The notes under the pieces: model-generated
Seen by the model: the letters and a program-made list of their open reading frames with translations, nothing else
Databases searched by the model: none
Told to the model about the DNA's origin: nothing
DNA from: Chrysomallon squamiferum
Taxonomy: Eukaryota; Animalia; Mollusca
DNA length: 64,000 nt
Direction of reading: 5' to 3'
Assembly: GCA_012295275.1 (NCBI GenBank)
Contig: CM022674.1
Location: 1,674,001 to 1,738,000 of the forward strand
Made by a program: the position numbers and the translations under genes
In this document: positions 14,849-51,450 of the stretch, in pieces
How the letters are laid out: every line of letters starts with the position of its first letter
Numbering within the stretch: position 1 is the first letter of the stretch

Positions 14849-16484
14849 TTCGTCTCTTTCTCTCAGCCTGTCTTTAGTCTCTTTCTCTCAGCCTCTGTCT
14901 TTAGTATCTCTCTCTTTCTCTCTCCCTCTCTCCCTCTCTGTCTGTCTAGTCTGTGTGCGTGTGTGTTTGTGTCTGTCTATAATGCAATATTGTTGTATGA
15001 CTTAAGATACTCATTCTGCTAACTCTGGAAGCGAAATGTTGAAGAATTGTTCCAATATTGACTTCCGCACATTGTAGAAAATTGCTTCCTCTTTGGTCAT
15101 GGCTTGGAGAGTTTATTTTAAAATGTTATATAAAAATCTATAATTTAAATTAATTTTGTGAAGTCAGTAAACACATACAGAAAATAAAACTTCCTCCAAG
15201 CAATCACAATTCAGGATTTCAATAAAGAAAAAAAAAAAGCCCCCCCCCACCAAAAAAAAAAAAAAAAAAAAAAATCGCCCAAATTGAAAAAAAGAAATTG
15301 TGCTTTAAAAATATTAGTTTTCATTTGGATTTCGTTCTATACACTAGCCACCAATTGACTTTAATTGCTTCCTTCATCCATAAATTTAAAAAAAATAAAA
15401 TAAAAAAATAAAAAAAAAACATTAGAAAAGAAAAGAAACGTTAAAAAAAAAAAAAAAAAAAGAAAATTAAAAAAAAAATTAAAGAAAGACTAAAAGGTGA
15501 TAAAACTCCAAAGAGAGCCGATAAAAAAAAAAAAAAAAAAAATTTTTTTTAAAAAAAAAATCAATTGCCAGACTCCATTTGAATAAATCATTAGAGCTAT
15601 CGAAGGGAAGGGGCAGTGTTTTCGTACAAACTGACAGGTCTCAGTTAAGTGGATCAGACAGCCTGGAGATTGTTTCCGCCTCTGAAAGATTCTGTGTGAC
15701 AGACGCGGAACTGCTTCACTTACACAATTTAGGGATCATTTGTGGATGTTCTGCCTCCATATCCACAAACACAGGTGGGGGGGGAAGAAAGTGAGAAAGA
15801 AAAAAAAAACACCAGAGAAAGAAACTTGTTTTTTCTAAATAGTGTTTGTTTATTATTGTTATTGGGCTTTTTTTGTTGTCATTATTGTTGTTGTTGTTGT
15901 TGTTGTTCTTCTAATTCTTGCTATTATTATTTGTTGTTCTTCTTCTTCTCACTATTAGTATTAGTGAATACTTTGGTAATAATAATAATAATAATAATAA
16001 AAATAATAATAGTGGTAGCAGTAGTAGTAGTTGTAGTAAAAGTAGTAATATTACTAGCAGTAGTAAAAATAATGAAAAAAATAATGATAACTAAAACAAA
16101 AATAACAACAACAACAAAAATAATACTAATAACAGCAACAACAATAACAATAATAATTATAATAATAAAGTAAAAAAAAAAATTGTAGATGAATGTACGG
16201 ATTCTTTATTCATTTTCTCGTAAAGAGTTATTGCACTTTAATGAAACACTACCTACGTCTAAAACACACTGATACACTTACCTGTCTATGATCTTTTGTT
16301 TTTTCCATTCAGTTATTTATTATTCATTACTGAGTTCCATTCACTCACACACACATAGTGACATAATCAACACTGGGTTCATTTCTGACTGACTGATGGA
16401 AATACTCATTTGTGGAAAAATTTACCAATCCAAGCCTTTTTTCTTACATCTCACAATTTATAACAGTTTATACACCTACTTATT

Positions 16485-16630
16485 GATTCATTCACTTAGT
16501 CACCCACCCCACCTACCCACTGACTCAGTCACCCACTCACTTAGTCACCCACCCATCCACTCACTTAGTCACCCACCTAACCACTCACTCAGTCACCCAT
16601 CCAGTTCACTTAGTCACTCAGTCACTCAGT
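16485..16630. repeat. Short tandem repeat (cactcacttagtcacccacc-like)
   Basis: Repeated cactcacttagtcaccca units. Confidence 0.75.
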
Positions 16631-16930
16631 GACTTACCATTTATCCTTTCAGTTATTCGCTCATTTCCTGCTCTCATTCTAACTGTATTAACGTCTCAAG
16701 CTAGTCTTAGTATTCATCTGAATTTTTATTCAAATCAATATCGATTGTTCTGTGTCTGTTCACCACTGTACTTCTGACATATCAATCAATTCATTAGTCC
16801 TTTCTGTTCCCAGATCATTGTGAAACTCTTTACTAAATATAGACTATTGATTTTTTTTTTTTTTTTAAGTTTGATTTTTTGATTTCTGACTTTCAAGAAA
16901 TAAGCCTTTACAAAATGTACATATATAGCA

Positions 16931-16961
<31 letters not shown>

Positions 16962-17894
16962 AAAACAATAACTACTTCATAACTACTTTTCAATGGATAA
17001 TCAGTCTCAGTTATAAGATCATATTAGAATGTTGTTGCACAGATGCTCTAAAGTAACCCAGAAATACTACTTAGCATGCACTGGCATGCTTTTACATTCT
17101 GTAAGGCTCTGATTTTTACATCTAAGTGATATAGTGGTCTAGACAGGCATTGTACCTTGTACGTTTTTCAACTGTGTGGATTCTGGGGCCAAGGAAGAAA
17201 GTTCATTTGTGATGGAATTTTGATTTATAGAGAAGGTTGTTCTGAGGAGTTTGACTGTACATGTGTGTGTGTGTATGTGTGTGTGTGTGTTTGTGTGTCT
17301 GTTGTGTGTGTGTGCTTTGTGTGTGTGTGTGTGTTTTTTACAATGAATCTTTTATATTAATATCCATCTTCTTCCACAACTTTCTCCCTTATCTGAAATC
17401 ATTTTTTATTTTTAGTATCAATATAATTTACACAAACTTTTATTTTTTATTTTTTTATGTATTTTTTTGTATTTTAACCTCTCTTTTTCACATTCCACGA
17501 CTCGTTACCTTATTTTAAACGTCCACAAACTCAGAATGTTTACAGCGCGTTCACTTAAAACATTCACCTAACTCAATACCTTATTCTGTTTCGCACACAA
17601 TTTCGTAATGTCTCTCAGTCTTGTGCTGTATAGATCTTGTTTCAGTTCTTCCATCCCAGATTTCACACTTCGCTTCTTTCTGCAAATGCAAGCGAGACTA
17701 TTTTGTCACAGGACAAATTTAGTTAGTCAAACCCGATTCATTTTATTGATCCTTATTGAACTTAGGGTACAGTCTGAACAGAATAATTGTCTTACAGACT
17801 CAAGAGAGATTGTAAGTGCAAATGTTAGAGACTTCCAGAGGGGGAGAAAAAAAAATGATTGTCCTTTTCCAAAATATCGGCTTCTAATGGGATG

Positions 17895-18669
17895 TGATTT
17901 AAAGGGGAGTCACTCATTTAAAGTCTGTAAAGAAAAAATAAAAAATGTTTAGTTGTCTGAAAGAGAGTCATTGATAAAAAAAAAAAAATTTAAAAAAAAA
18001 TTGATTTTGTGATGCTGATGTTAAAGGGAGTTACTCATAAAAATGTTGTATTCATTCTTGAAAAAAAAGGAAGTTACTCCTGTAAAAAAAAAACAAGGAA
18101 AAAATGCAGGTTTATTGATATGATCTGAAAGGGAATTATTCTTGAAAATTTTATTGTGTGATACTGATGTTAAAGGGAGTCACCCATGAAAGTTTTTAGT
18201 GATGTTGGTATTAAAGGGAGTCATTTGTGAAAATAATGTCAAAGGGACTTATTTCCAAAGACACTGTTTAAGACAGTGTATTAAAGGGAATTACCCATGA
18301 AAACACTTAATTATACTGAGTGTTTCTTGAAAAACAGCTTAGTGACAGTGGTTATAAAAGAAATCACTCTTCAGAAGACTTTTAATGATGAGGATATCTG
18401 GCTTCGAAAATTTAATGATACTAATCCTAAAAGGAGTCACTCATGAAAACCCTGTTAATCATACAGGTGTTAAAGGAAGTCATTTTTAAAATATCATTTT
18501 AGAACAAATACTTGTTAATCATAAAATTGTTGTTTTTTTTACAAACATCAGTCTGTAATGAAACTTGATTTAAAGGGAGTCACTGTTCAAAACATTCTTA
18601 ATGATACCCTTGTTAAAGAGGGTCAGTCTTTAAAACAAGTGTTATTAATAATGCTAATGCTAATAAGGT

Positions 18670-18756
<87 letters not shown>

Positions 18757-19214
18757 AATTGTTAATAAAACGTGAGTTAATTAGAAATAGTGTTAAAACT
18801 CTGGCTGTGAATAAAGGTCAAGGGAATCAGTGTGAAAAAGCATTGTTTGATGCTGGCTCTGATATCTGTTGTTATCAATAACCACCAGTTGATGAGAACC
18901 ATTCACGAAAACACTGGCTGTTAATTAGACTTGTGTTCAGCCAGAGTCTTCAGAATTGGTTATTAATGACTCTAATGTCAGAGGTGGTGACTCCTGTTGT
19001 TACTGTAAATAAAACATGTACTGAAGAATGAAGTTATAAAACACTCAGTGTTAATAATACTGTTGTTAAAGGGAATCAGTCTTGAAATAAACGGTTTTAT
19101 TGTCAGTATGACATAAATTGCAAAAGTGGTTTTAACCAGTATTAAAGAGAATCATTTAAATATATGTTTATGTGTGTGTGAGTGTGTGTGTGTGGCTGTA
19201 TATATATATATATC

Positions 19215-19278
<64 letters not shown>

Positions 19279-19520
19279 AAAATAATGGTTATTAATGACG
19301 TTAATGATATTAATGGAGAAATGAACTTATCGGAAACAACATATTGATTGCCTTTAATGCCAGTGTCATTCTGTAACCATATTCTTTTTTTAAAAAAATG
19401 CTAACGATTCTGAAGTTAAAGAGACTCATCCATGAAAATACTTTTAAAAATATTGATTTTCGAACAGAGTAGTCACTCTTGAGAAATGATTCAGTGATGC
19501 TGATATTATTCTTGAAAAGT
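17895..19520. repeat. Highly degenerate ~40-bp minisatellite with core ttaaagggagtcactcatgaaaa
   Basis: Core recurs near 17899, 18021, 18170, 18211, 18281, 18429, 18569, 19066 and others; interrupted by (TA)n and (CA)n. Confidence 0.7.
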
Positions 19521-19600
19521 CTTAATGATACTAATACTAAAATCTCTCTCTCTCTTTCTCTCTCTGTCTCTGTTTCTCTTTCTCTCTCTCTCTCTGTCTC

Positions 19601-19675
<75 letters not shown>

Positions 19676-19737
19676 GTATATGTATATGTATATGTCTCTA
19701 TATCCATATATAAATAAACTATACTGTTTATTCCAGT

Positions 19738-35807
<16,070 letters not shown>

Positions 35808-36000
35808 GAGAGAGAGAAAGAAAAACAAAAAAACTGAGTAGAAAACTAAAACTGACACAGAGGTGGTCAATAATGTTCCGAATTTTTTGCGTTTTTTTAT
35901 ATTTTTTTTTTTTTTTATATTGTTATAGACATAATAATAACATGACATAAATATTCAGGATTTTGACTAAACTTTATAAATTTTAGATTGATTTATTTGT

Positions 36001-36031
<31 letters not shown>

Positions 36032-36360
36032 TTGTTGTTGAATATCACAGAGTAGATATGGTATGGAGGTAGTAAGTCTCTCCTTCCTGTTCCACCCACC
36101 CCCATATTTGTATATGAATTTCTTTTCTTCTTATTTTTTTTCTTTTTTTTTTATAATAAACAGTCCTGAAAAAAAAAACTGCTGAAGAAAAAAAAGAAAA
36201 AAAAACAAACAAAAAAAACATTGAAAACCACAAAAACTCAACTATAAAACTATGCAGTCTTCTGATTTATTAATATTATTATTATTTTTTATTTTTTTTT
36301 AATTACTGTTATTATTTTATTTTCACTGTGTAATCTGTATGTGTACTGCTGACAGTGTTT

Positions 36361-37041
36361 GTTACCATGGCAACCACACATCAAATCTTCGGCTGCTGAT
36401 AAAACCACACCTGTTGCCATGGTAACTGCACTTCCATTTTTTTCTGTGGCTGCTGATTTAAAACTGCTTGCCATGCATCTGCTGAAGACAATGGTTGTCA
36501 TAGTAACAGTACAGTATTACTGGCATCAGCTGATAATACTATACCATAGTAACTGTGGAATGATACTTCTATGACATGACAACACTGGTTGTCATAGTAA
36601 CTGTATTCTGTTTGCTCTAGTAGCTGTTTACATTGGTTGTTATGGTAATGCTTTGTCTGCTGACTGTTCTGACTGCCATGGCAACATCGCTAAGTTTGAC
36701 CATAAGACAGGTTTCCATGGTAACTGTACATTATCAAAGAAAAAAAAAAGAAAAAAGAAAAAAATTATAAAAAAAAGAAATTACCATGGAAACCAAACTA
36801 CCTTTTGTTGTTATTTATTTTTATTATTATTATTATTTTTTTTTAGCACTGCTCAAAATACCAGTTGCTTGGTTGCTATGGTTGCTATTGTTGATGTTTC
36901 CTTCAGTCACTGTTTTTAAAGGTTACCATAGTAACATTAAAGCATATTTGGTGGCAGTTGTTTATTATGCATTTTTTTGTTTGTTGTTTTTTCTTGTTTT
37001 TGTCCTTTTTGATATCTTTAGCTTTTGGTTGCTATGGTTAC
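36361..37041. promoter_or_regulatory. Cluster of about 12 palindromic X-box (RFX-like) 14-mers
   Basis: gttaccatggcaac 36361, gttgccatggtaac 36413, gttgtcatagtaac 36494 and 36588, gtttccatggtaac 36711, gttaccatagtaac 36922, gttgctatggttac 37028 and further variants; function is inferred. Confidence 0.55.
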
Positions 37042-37187
37042 TGTTCATAATCAGTTGTAAATCTTGTTAACTGTTTTCTATGGTGATTGTACATTTTACT
37101 GTTACTGATACCAAAGTTTAAGCAGAAAATAAAAATGTTTTATATTATTATTTTAGTAGATTGTATGGGGTTATTTTCTAAAAAAAA

Positions 37188-37223
<36 letters not shown>

Positions 37224-37506
37224 AAAAGTTTTATATCTGTTAAGTTCAAATGATAATTAATATGATACAAGGATTTTGGGGTTTTTTTTGTTCTCTATCT
37301 GTTTTTGCATATTTAATCATATATTTAGTCATAATAACTAAGTATTGTTTGTAAAAAGAATATTTTATATCCTCATAATTCTGTGGTTTGTGTTTTAAAT
37401 TATAATCTCTCCTGAGGTTTTAATCTGTTTTAAGAATGATCTCATTCACAATAACATGAATATGTAATTTTGGTAGTTTGTTAATTTTTTATTTATTTTA
37501 TTACTA

Positions 37507-37548
<42 letters not shown>

Positions 37549-37669
37549 AATATTATTATTACTGTTATTATCATTATTAATGTCATCATTGTTATATTTA
37601 TCATCATCATCATCATCATCATCAACTGCTTTATTTTTATTATTATTATATTATTATTATTATTATTAC

Positions 37670-37706
<37 letters not shown>

Positions 37707-38556
37707 TTTATTATTTGTATTTAAAATTTTACTGAGACAATCAAACATCAAATAATTCTTATGACACTAGTGTAAAACCCCTGTAGACTGGGTTAATAAT
37801 ACTTGTAACAGAATATCAAATTAAGGGGCTGATCCAAAGATACACTAAGAGGAGGGGTTCTAGACATCACCTCTTGTCCAGAACTTACTAATCATAAAAG
37901 GACTTGTCCAATTTAAGTATTGTGTCCACTCCTTTTCGTAGACATTTAAATATTTTCTGAAATACGTTACCCAAACATTTCTTCAAATGATTTCAGTGGG
38001 GAATTTAATAATACAGTGTACAAGTTTGAATTCGCTGCCCACCTCTGTAATAAAGTTGTGAATTTGTCCCCGATGTTAATCAGTTTGTTTATTTCAGATG
38101 TTAGCTGAAATTCTAGTATTTTGTTTCTTCAGCAACTTTTCGAAATTTAATTCTTGGGATCGATCATGTGAACATTGTAATATTTCATTCATTATCCATT
38201 TATATGGGGTTTTTTTTTGTGTTTTTAACTTCTTCTTCTTTTTTTTTTTAACTAAACCATTCTGAGAAATTTGATCTTCATTGAGTTTAGTAATGTATAA
38301 ATTTAAAATAAAGTCATTTATTTATTTATTTTTATTTTTTTTTCTTATTTAATTAGAGAGATTTGTGCAGTTCAGTAGTTTAATGACATTTAAAAATTTT
38401 TGCAAATTTTAATAAATTTTGTACTGATAATTAAAACTAAATAATTTACTAACATGGAGCATTTTTCATTTGGTTTTATATTTGATGATTTTGGTAAAAA
38501 GCAGATATTAACATTGTTGTCATTATTTTTGTTATTATTATTGTTATTATTATTAC

Positions 38557-38592
<36 letters not shown>

Positions 38593-39087
38593 GTCACCAT
38601 AATGATTACTGTTAGTGTTATGATCATAGTCATCATCATCATCATTTCATTATCATCATCATCATCATCTTATCATTTTTGTAAAATATAAATATGACTG
38701 TAGCAGGCATCATTTTTATCCTTGTACTTTCATGAATGAAAGAATGAAGAAAAGATGAATGATTGAACAAGTTAAACCTAGATGCTTTATTCAGTTGTGC
38801 AATGTTTACAAATTAATATTTTTGTTTATTTTAGAAGCATTTGTTGAATAAGAAAGCCACACTTTGTTGACTTTGAGTACATATTATTTCTCATAAAATA
38901 TTTATATATAGGAATATATATATATATATATATCTGAGATAATAATCCTTGTTTTAAATGCACAAATATTTACTATGTGAAGATTTTTTTTATTAAACAT
39001 ACAAAGTTTTGTATTTATGCTCATTCATTTTAAGTCATTTTATTTTTTTTATTTTATTTATTATTTTTTTTTGAATTTTTTTTTATA

Positions 39088-39154
<67 letters not shown>

Positions 39155-39309
39155 TTTGTTAAGTACATTTTTCTAGTAGTATTTTAGGCATTTTTTGTCC
39201 GGCATAAACAAATATGTGACACATGAAATCAAGCAATAAGTCCAAATTTGTGATCACAATAAAAATGTCTTGTACTTTATGTTTTATCCTTTGAAATTCA
39301 TTTGTGCTG

Positions 39310-39405
<96 letters not shown>

Positions 39406-39574
39406 TGTTAACACAATACCAAAATTAGTAGACTCAATTTATTGACTTTCTAGCTAGGACTCAAAAAAAAGTCTATTTATATATTATATATATTTTTTCC
39501 AACTACACAATCACTGGAGATGTCAGTGTTACCAAAATAAAACACCTGGACAAACTTCTGGACCTCTGGACATA

Positions 39575-39802
39575 TTGACATAACTGAATAGACATAAAGA
39601 AATATTAATAATGGCATAACTGAATAGACATAAAGGAATATTAATAATGACATAACTGAATAGACATAAAGGATTATTAATAGTGGCATAACTGAATAGA
39701 CATAAAGAAATTGTAATAATGGCATAACTGAATATACATAAAGAAATATTGAAATGACTAACTGAACATAAAGAAATATCAATGATGGTATAACTGAATA
39801 CC
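39575..39802. repeat. 36-bp minisatellite (cataactgaatagacataaagaaatattaataatgg), about 6 copies
   Basis: Tandem units; explains the 12-aa periodic ORF at 39477-39782. Confidence 0.92.
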
Positions 39803-40393
39803 ATTCAAAATCGATTTAAACCCAGATTTACTGCTCAGATTTAATATTTAATTGTCATTTGTAATTCGCTTCTTAATTTATATTTTTATTTATTTATTTT
39901 ATATATTATTTACTTCTTAGTGTAAGTTTTGTATGTGTCATTTGTCTGAGATATTTACAGAACAGTGAAGAGAAATATCTTCTTTCATTTACTTATTTTC
40001 TTTTTTACTTACTTACTGATTTATTTACTTACTTATCTATTTACTTACTTACTTTTTAAAAATGTTTAACCTTAGGTTGAGTAATAATCAAGTAGATCTG
40101 ATTTTTATTATTCAAATTGGTGCTTTTTTTTAAATTTATTTATATATTCAATGTGCTAGTTGTTTGCTTGTGTCATAACATTAGAAAATACTGTCCATCT
40201 GTGAGAATGTTTGTTTCTAACAAGTTTCTTGTAATCTTTGTATATAAAGGTTTTAATCCAGTTTTTGTTGTTTGTTTAATTTTGTAGTCACTTATCTTAA
40301 AATGTTGATCATTATTTTTATTTTATTTTTTTTAAATTAAAATTTATTGTTATTAGTAATTAATTTTATTATTTATTTTTTTATTATTATTAT

Positions 40394-40431
<38 letters not shown>

Positions 40432-42571
40432 TTATTTATTATAATTTAATATATATATATATATATGTATTTTAATTTTTTATTAGTCATTCATTTATAT
40501 TTATTTTATTATAATTCATCTTCAAATTAATGTGTTGGTGGCATAACATTATGTGTGTGTGTGTGTGTGTGGACATTATCTAACAAAGAAAAGAAAAGCA
40601 TTATGTATAATAATATATTTATTTCGTGTAGACATATACTATTATGAAATACCACAAACAACAAATCAATAAGTATGACAGCGCCATTAACACAGCCTCC
40701 CTGCAATTACTGAAATGATCACGTGACAATGGCGAGAGTGTGGTTTTTATGTAGTCAGAAAGAAATGAAAATAATATTTAAAAAAATAAATAAATAAATA
40801 AATAAAAAATAAAAATAAATAAAATAAAATAAAATAATGGAAAGATGTGCTTCTGTCCATTATAGAAATATTATTTCATCTTCTCTTTTTTATTTTTATT
40901 TTTTTTTTTTTTGTAAATATTGCATCGTAAACCATATTTTCACGTGACCATTTGTGAAACTCATTTCACATATTTGCATTGTCATCTTTAAAATAATTCA
41001 CATGAGCCTTAAATAACATAATAATGACATCTGAAAAATACAAACACACTTTAAAAAAAATAATAATAATAATAACTTTGTTCATTATCAGTGCTATTTT
41101 TTTTTACACCGTTTGAACTCGGCTCTAACTCCGTGTAACAGCGGATGTCAGCGTAGAGATCACGTGACCGTCAGCCATACTTAAAAACTAAAAATCTACA
41201 TTATTTTTAATTTTATTTATTTATTTATTTTATTTATTTATTTATTTTATTTATTTTTTTTTTTTTAATATGAAAACCTGTTAAAATATTAACCTTGATA
41301 AACGCAGATGCGTTTTATTGAAAAGACTAATGAATACTGTATACGTAAAATCTATGTCTGCAACTTTTAAAACGCTAGGGATACTGTAATTTACAATAAC
41401 GTTGGTTGCAGTAAAACTTCTATTTTTTTACTCCAGGCGCAGTAATAACGTATCATACTGTAAAACTGCTAATATTTACTGCAGCAATAACTAAAACAAA
41501 GATAATAATAATAAATTTAAAAAAAAATGTGTTACTGTTACAAGTCTCAATTATTAATCATGTTAAGACAATGATTTTTGAATCATAGCAAATAACGTTT
41601 AACAAATATTGTTATTATGATAGCAAAATTTAACTGTAAAAGAACCAATTTCATTCATGGAAAATTTTGGATCACAGCAATTTATGTACTAATGCTTATG
41701 TTTAATTCATATATGTATTTGTATACATTTTGTGTGTATGTTTGTGTGATTGTATGTATGTGTATGTGATTGTGTGTGTGTGTATGAGTGTAACACTTTA
41801 TTTGCTGTAATGATATGTATTACTATCTCGTTGCCATGGAAATATGATAATTAGTGACTCTTGGTGGCCACAATGGCATACCAGTGTTGTCATGCATGGT
41901 GAAGATGATGTTGTATTCAACACTGATCTACTCTAGCAGAGCAACATTGTCGCTGTGCATGCTAATCCACAAAATGGATTAAGCAGTAAATCCAGAACAC
42001 GTGTATTGATTGCACATGATATACAAGCAGAAAAGTACACACAAATATTGAAAAAACAGGAATGTACAAGTCTATATACAAGGACATGTTTGAAGAAAGG
42101 TGGCATTTAAAAATGAAAAATGAAAAAAAAATTATGAAAAGAATAGCTTCAAAAAAATTTGGTCGAGAATTATTACGCAGAAAAGAAATATTATTTTGTT
42201 TTATTTTATTTATCAACACTTACACAAAAAGAAATTTCAGTATAAGTTCTCTACTTTACAATCTACATTGGTAAAACATCAAATATATTCAGAAGACTTC
42301 GTAAATGTTTGGTAGAATCAAACAAGCAAACAATAAAAAATAAATAAAAAATTTTAAATCGTAATAAAAAAATAAATTTAAAAATCAACAGAATCAGTCC
42401 AGTTCAAAAAAAATTATTTTCGCCAGTACTTTCCGAGAACAGAATTTATTAATTTCAGTATATTCTAATTTACATTTAGGCTGTATTGTTCATTCTGGAA
42501 AGTGAATTTTGATGATTTTACAACCAACATTATAACTGCATCATAAGCTTAGCAGCAAATGTCATTATTAA

Positions 42572-42623
<52 letters not shown>

Positions 42624-43395
42624 AATAATAATATAATAATAATAAATTCATGACAGGACTGAATGTAAATAACTCAAGTAAATTATGTTAAGAAATATTT
42701 ACACTAGAATTAAAATACTTAACACGAAACATTATTAACACAAAAAAAAAAAAAAATCATTTTAACAGAGACAGATATTTATATATTAAAAGTAAGTAAA
42801 TAAAATAAGGCCACTTACGTACATATCAGTAAAAATATGCAATGTATCAGCTACAGTTATTCAACCAATATTATGATATATATTATGATATGATAAGATT
42901 AATTTTAAAACATATATATATGTACACCTTATAGAGAAAATAATAAAATCATATTTTTTTTTTAAAGAAAAAACAAAACAAAACAAACAAAAAAACAAAC
43001 AAGAGGAATAAAAATAAAGAAATAAAAAACAAATATTTAAATATATATAGATATATATAATAAATGTAAAATAAATAATAAAATAAAATCAAGTCAAATT
43101 AAACTGAAAAATATACAAAGCTATTCATATTGTTTTAATAATTATATAACATTCGTATATTTTTATTTAATTGATTTTTTTGATTGTTAAAATATACTTT
43201 TCATCATTTTACATATTTCATTAAGACATTTATAATATTTGGAATGTCTTACAAAAAGCCAACACTTTCAAATCATATATCCATATCAAGTTAAATGTTA
43301 AAACAGATGTTAGTAAGTTGTTATGTTAGTTTGTATTACTGAAATTAACAATGATTGTCACCAACTATATGTTATTAATATTTATTTTATTTTAT

Positions 43396-43446
<51 letters not shown>

Positions 43447-44074
43447 TAATAATAATAAAAGTAATAATAATAATAATAATACACTCTCGTTCATATTTTT
43501 TTATTATTTTTTTTTACTTTTCTTCTTTTTTATATTTTAAAATTCATTTACTTTCTTTTAATTAATGGCAGTAAAAGTAAATAAAAATTGAAATATAAAA
43601 TAAACTTTTAAAAATACAGATCAAAATAACATGTACAGTAGTACTTAAAACTAGAAAAAAAACTTGATAATAATATTATTAATAATAATAATAATAATTG
43701 AAAACTTTATATATAACTGAATCCAAAAAGTAATAATAATAAATAAATAAATTATAGAAATTAACTTTCTGTATTATAAAAAAAATAATAATAATCAAAT
43801 AATCAAATAAATCAATAAAAATAAATAAATAAATAAATAAAAATAACAATATACACATACAAAAAAAGTAAGAAAAAGAAAAATGTGGCAAAAAAATAAA
43901 AAATATTGAGATCTAGAGTCTATAACGTGTTCGTATATTAAAATTACTGAACTAAATGCAGCACTGGAGAAATGTTTACTACAAAAAAAATCACACTTAA
44001 AATTATTCGTTTTACTTCTTGTGGAATGTTCGATACGAAGAAACCCAATACTTCTCGTATACAGGATTACATCT

Positions 44075-44120
<46 letters not shown>

Positions 44121-44902
44121 TAATTAATTAATTAATGAACTGCCTAATAACAGAGAGAAATAATTAAGAAAATCTAAAAATAATTTTAAAACGAACAACA
44201 TCGCTTATAACGTTAAACAGTCGTCGCTTCTAACTTTCCAAATTAATTTTTCCCCGTATAACAAATAAATTGTTAGCACGCTAAATTATTGCAATAAATA
44301 TGTTGTAACTTTTCGTTCTGAAGATAAAGGATTTTGATATTGTTATTAATTTGGTTTTATTTCTGTTTCTTACGACACGCAGTGCAGTATTATTCGGTTT
44401 TCGGAATGTTTCGCCAGGTTTCCGAAAGTTTCCGAAAAGTTGCGAAAGATTCCGGTGTAAGTTAGTGTTTGGAAAACTTTAGAAAAATATATAAATGAAT
44501 GAAAGGAAAGATAGAATCATGCGACGATTAACTTAAAAATAAGAGTAATAATAGTAATATCTAACTAACAAATAAAAAATAAATTTTAAAACCCTGCATT
44601 TTCCAGAAGAAAATGTTTGATAGAAATTAAATCGGGATTAATAAAAGCAAGAATATAAAACAAAAATCATTTCGTACTGTTCAGTTTTTAACACCAGTAA
44701 AAAATAAATGTGCGCTGTAAGTAATTTTTTTAATTTTTTTTGTTTTTTAATTTTTAATTTTTTTTTTTTTTTAAATTCATAATATAAAAATAGCATTAGG
44801 AAAGAAAAAAAGTGCTATTCATTTATTAGTAGTAACAAGGAGAAAAGAAAATATTGCATTTGTACACATGTTGTAAGCAGACGTCGTTTTCTGTTGATGA
44901 CG

Positions 44903-51450
<6,548 letters not shown>

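Noticed and set aside
17798-17811. 14-nt micro-exon candidate (ttacag|...|gtaagt)
   Set aside because: Would frameshift the candidate 2156 to 19737 join; at most a non-coding alternative exon end, unsupported without RNA data.
36361-37041. CRISPR-like look of palindromic repeats with unique spacers
   Set aside because: Repeats are only 14 bp and degenerate, spacing is irregular, context is a spliced eukaryotic locus, and no cas genes are present.
35808-39270. Iron-responsive elements in the 3' region, expected for a true TfR1
   Set aside because: The CAGTGT I checked near 36353 lacks the unpaired C and 5-bp upper stem; none found by eye. An Infernal/SIREs scan would be needed to exclude them fully.
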